A stretch of 64,000 nt of DNA from a virus: IMG/VR virus record IMGVR_UViG_3300047318_000482, positions 26,526 through 90,525 of that record; one strand, written 5' to 3'. Both the position numbers and the translations under genes were made by a program. Positions 62,790 through 64,000 of the stretch are shown here, piece by piece; position 1 is the first letter of the stretch, and each line of letters begins with the position of its first letter. Under the pieces are notes generated by a model. That model did not search any database and was not told where the DNA came from. It saw only the letters and a list, made by a program, of their open reading frames with translations.

Positions 62790-62810
62790 GGCAGGCGTCC
62801 TCTCGAAGGG

Positions 62811-63695
62811 TCAGCGGCTGTACTGCTCGGAGCCGTGGTTGACGTGGCCGGTCCCGCCGCAGGCGTTGCAGGCGGCCACGGAGGCGTTGCGGACAATGGA
62901 CAGCCAGAACTCGGTCTGCTGCTCCCACGCCTGCACCGCGGTCTCGTAGTTGTCGCCGGCCACGTCCGCAGGGACGGGAAGGTTGAGGCGGCGTTCGACC
63001 GTCACGGGCACGTTCCGCCCCGACTTGAGCGTCTTGCCTGTCTGACGGCTGATGTCGCGCTGCCAACTGGTCTGCGGCTGCTCGAAAGGGACCCGGATCA
63101 CGACGTGGAGCCCGGTGTAGTTCTCGTACTTGTCGAAGCAGTACTTCACCCGCGGCATCGCCGAGATCAGCTTGTGCAGGTGTTCGCGCAGGCCCGGGAT
63201 ACGGCCCGGGAACAGATGCCGGTACTCGGGGCGTCCGGCCAGCATCTGCGGCAGGTTGGCCACCCACTTCAGCTCATCCGGGCCGGGCGGCTCACGGCCC
63301 TCCAGCATCGTGACCGGGCCCTCGTACACGTGCTCAAGGGCCGGTACGTCTTCCTGGACGCTGGTGTACAGCTCCCACAACGTTTCGCTTTCCCGGTCGC
63401 TGCGCTCCTGCCATTGGGTGAGGCTGAGGGTGGCCGGGTAGCGCACGGACTCGGTGTCCGGGTCGTTGAGCCGGTATCCGACGGTCCGTGGGGAAGGCTG
63501 CGCGGTCGCGGTGAACGTGGTGGATTCACGGTCGGTGGCCCACCAGCTGCTGTGGAGGGCTTCCATGGGCTGGCCGTCGGCGTACACGCCCGTGACCTTC
63601 GCCCTGGAGGAGAAGCCGGGTGTCCCGAACTCGTCGGGTGTGGGCAGGTGGTAGAGGTAGCGGCCGTCGGGGTGGCGAAGCGCGTACACGGTCAC
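62811..63695 (-). CDS. Hypothetical protein with C-terminal CxxCxGxG
   Basis: GAAAGG RBS; CNACGGTG. Confidence 0.65.
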   Translation of the reverse strand: MTVYALRHPDGRYLYHLPTPDEFGTPGFSSRAKVTGVYADGQPMEALHSSWWATDRESTTFTATAQPSPRTVGYRLNDPDTESVRYPATLSLTQWQERSDRESETLWELYTSVQEDVPALEHVYEGPVTMLEGREPPGPDELKWVANLPQMLAGRPEYRHLFPGRIPGLREHLHKLISAMPRVKYCFDKYENYTGLHVVIRVPFEQPQTSWQRDISRQTGKTLKSGRNVPVTVERRLNLPVPADVAGDNYETAVQAWEQQTEFWLSIVRNASVAACNACGGTGHVNHGSEQYSR

Positions 63696-63899
63696 AGGTA
63701 GTGCCTTTCGGGCGGGTGGTGAACAAGGGGAAGGGCCGCCCACCGCGGGCTGCGATGTCTGGGTGGGCGGCCCGTACGTGGTGGGGGGAAATGGGGTCCC
63801 GCCCCGGGGTTGGGGGCGTGGGGCGGGACCCGGGTGGCCTCCGGGGGGGGGCGGAGGCCAGGGGAGGGGCCTCCCGAGGGGGGTGGGAGGCCCGAGGGT

Positions 63900-64000
63900 C
63901 TAGAAGGGGGTGACCTGGACGTGGTAGCCGCGCCACGTGTAGCCGAACTGGCGGGCGTACTCGGGTCCGTCCACGGTCATCAGTCGCGTCTTCGCACGGT
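63900..64000 (-). CDS. 3' end of a truncated hypothetical gene
   Basis: ...RLMTVDGPEYARQFGYTWRGYHVQVTPF-stop at the window edge. Confidence 0.4.
   Translation of the reverse strand, partial: RAKTRLMTVDGPEYARQFGYTWRGYHVQVTPF

Larger units (their letters stand above)
1..64000. mobile_element. Temperate siphophage / conjugative phage-plasmid (partial; both ends extend beyond the window)
   Basis: Complete virion/lysis operon, TraB-like conjugation operon, Rep+DnaB and small early genes are contiguous; no host housekeeping genes seen. Confidence 0.85.

Noticed and set aside
1-64000. Integrase, att sites, parAB, tRNA/rRNA, recognisable defence systems
   Set aside because: None recognisable in this window; they may lie outside it

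Overview
High-GC actinobacterial DNA, most likely from Streptomyces. The whole 64 kb appears to belong to one temperate siphophage / phage-plasmid. From 1.5 to 32.5 kb on the minus strand is a complete virion and lysis region: terS, terL, an SNase, portal, scaffold, decoration, major capsid, head-tail genes, tail tube, frameshifting tail chaperones, tape measure, Dit, tail tip/fibre, a papain-like protease, a CHAP endolysin, holin and membrane proteins, and a fibre module. Next come a lipoprotein and a Streptomyces-type conjugation/spreading operon (33.5-42.2 kb, minus; FtsK-like TraB and an SpdB-like membrane protein). Regulators follow, then a Rep gene with internal iterons and a degenerate DnaB (42.3-47 kb), and arrays of small early genes including a NERD nuclease, a LuxR solo and a PAPS-reductase-like enzyme (47-64 kb). 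No integrase, par genes, RNA genes or CRISPR were seen in the window. The strongest candidate for an undescribed system is at 55.3-56.9 kb: a TrmB/PLD-like/LuxR regulator transcribed divergently from a 63-aa secreted propeptide carrying the pentapeptide DTTWG twice. This resembles a peptide communication (arbitrium-like) module with a non-RRNPP receptor. Two sets of repeated cis-elements were also found: a 4-copy late-gene motif and a 2-copy palindromic operator/promoter. All family assignments come from motifs and synteny read by eye; no database searches were run.
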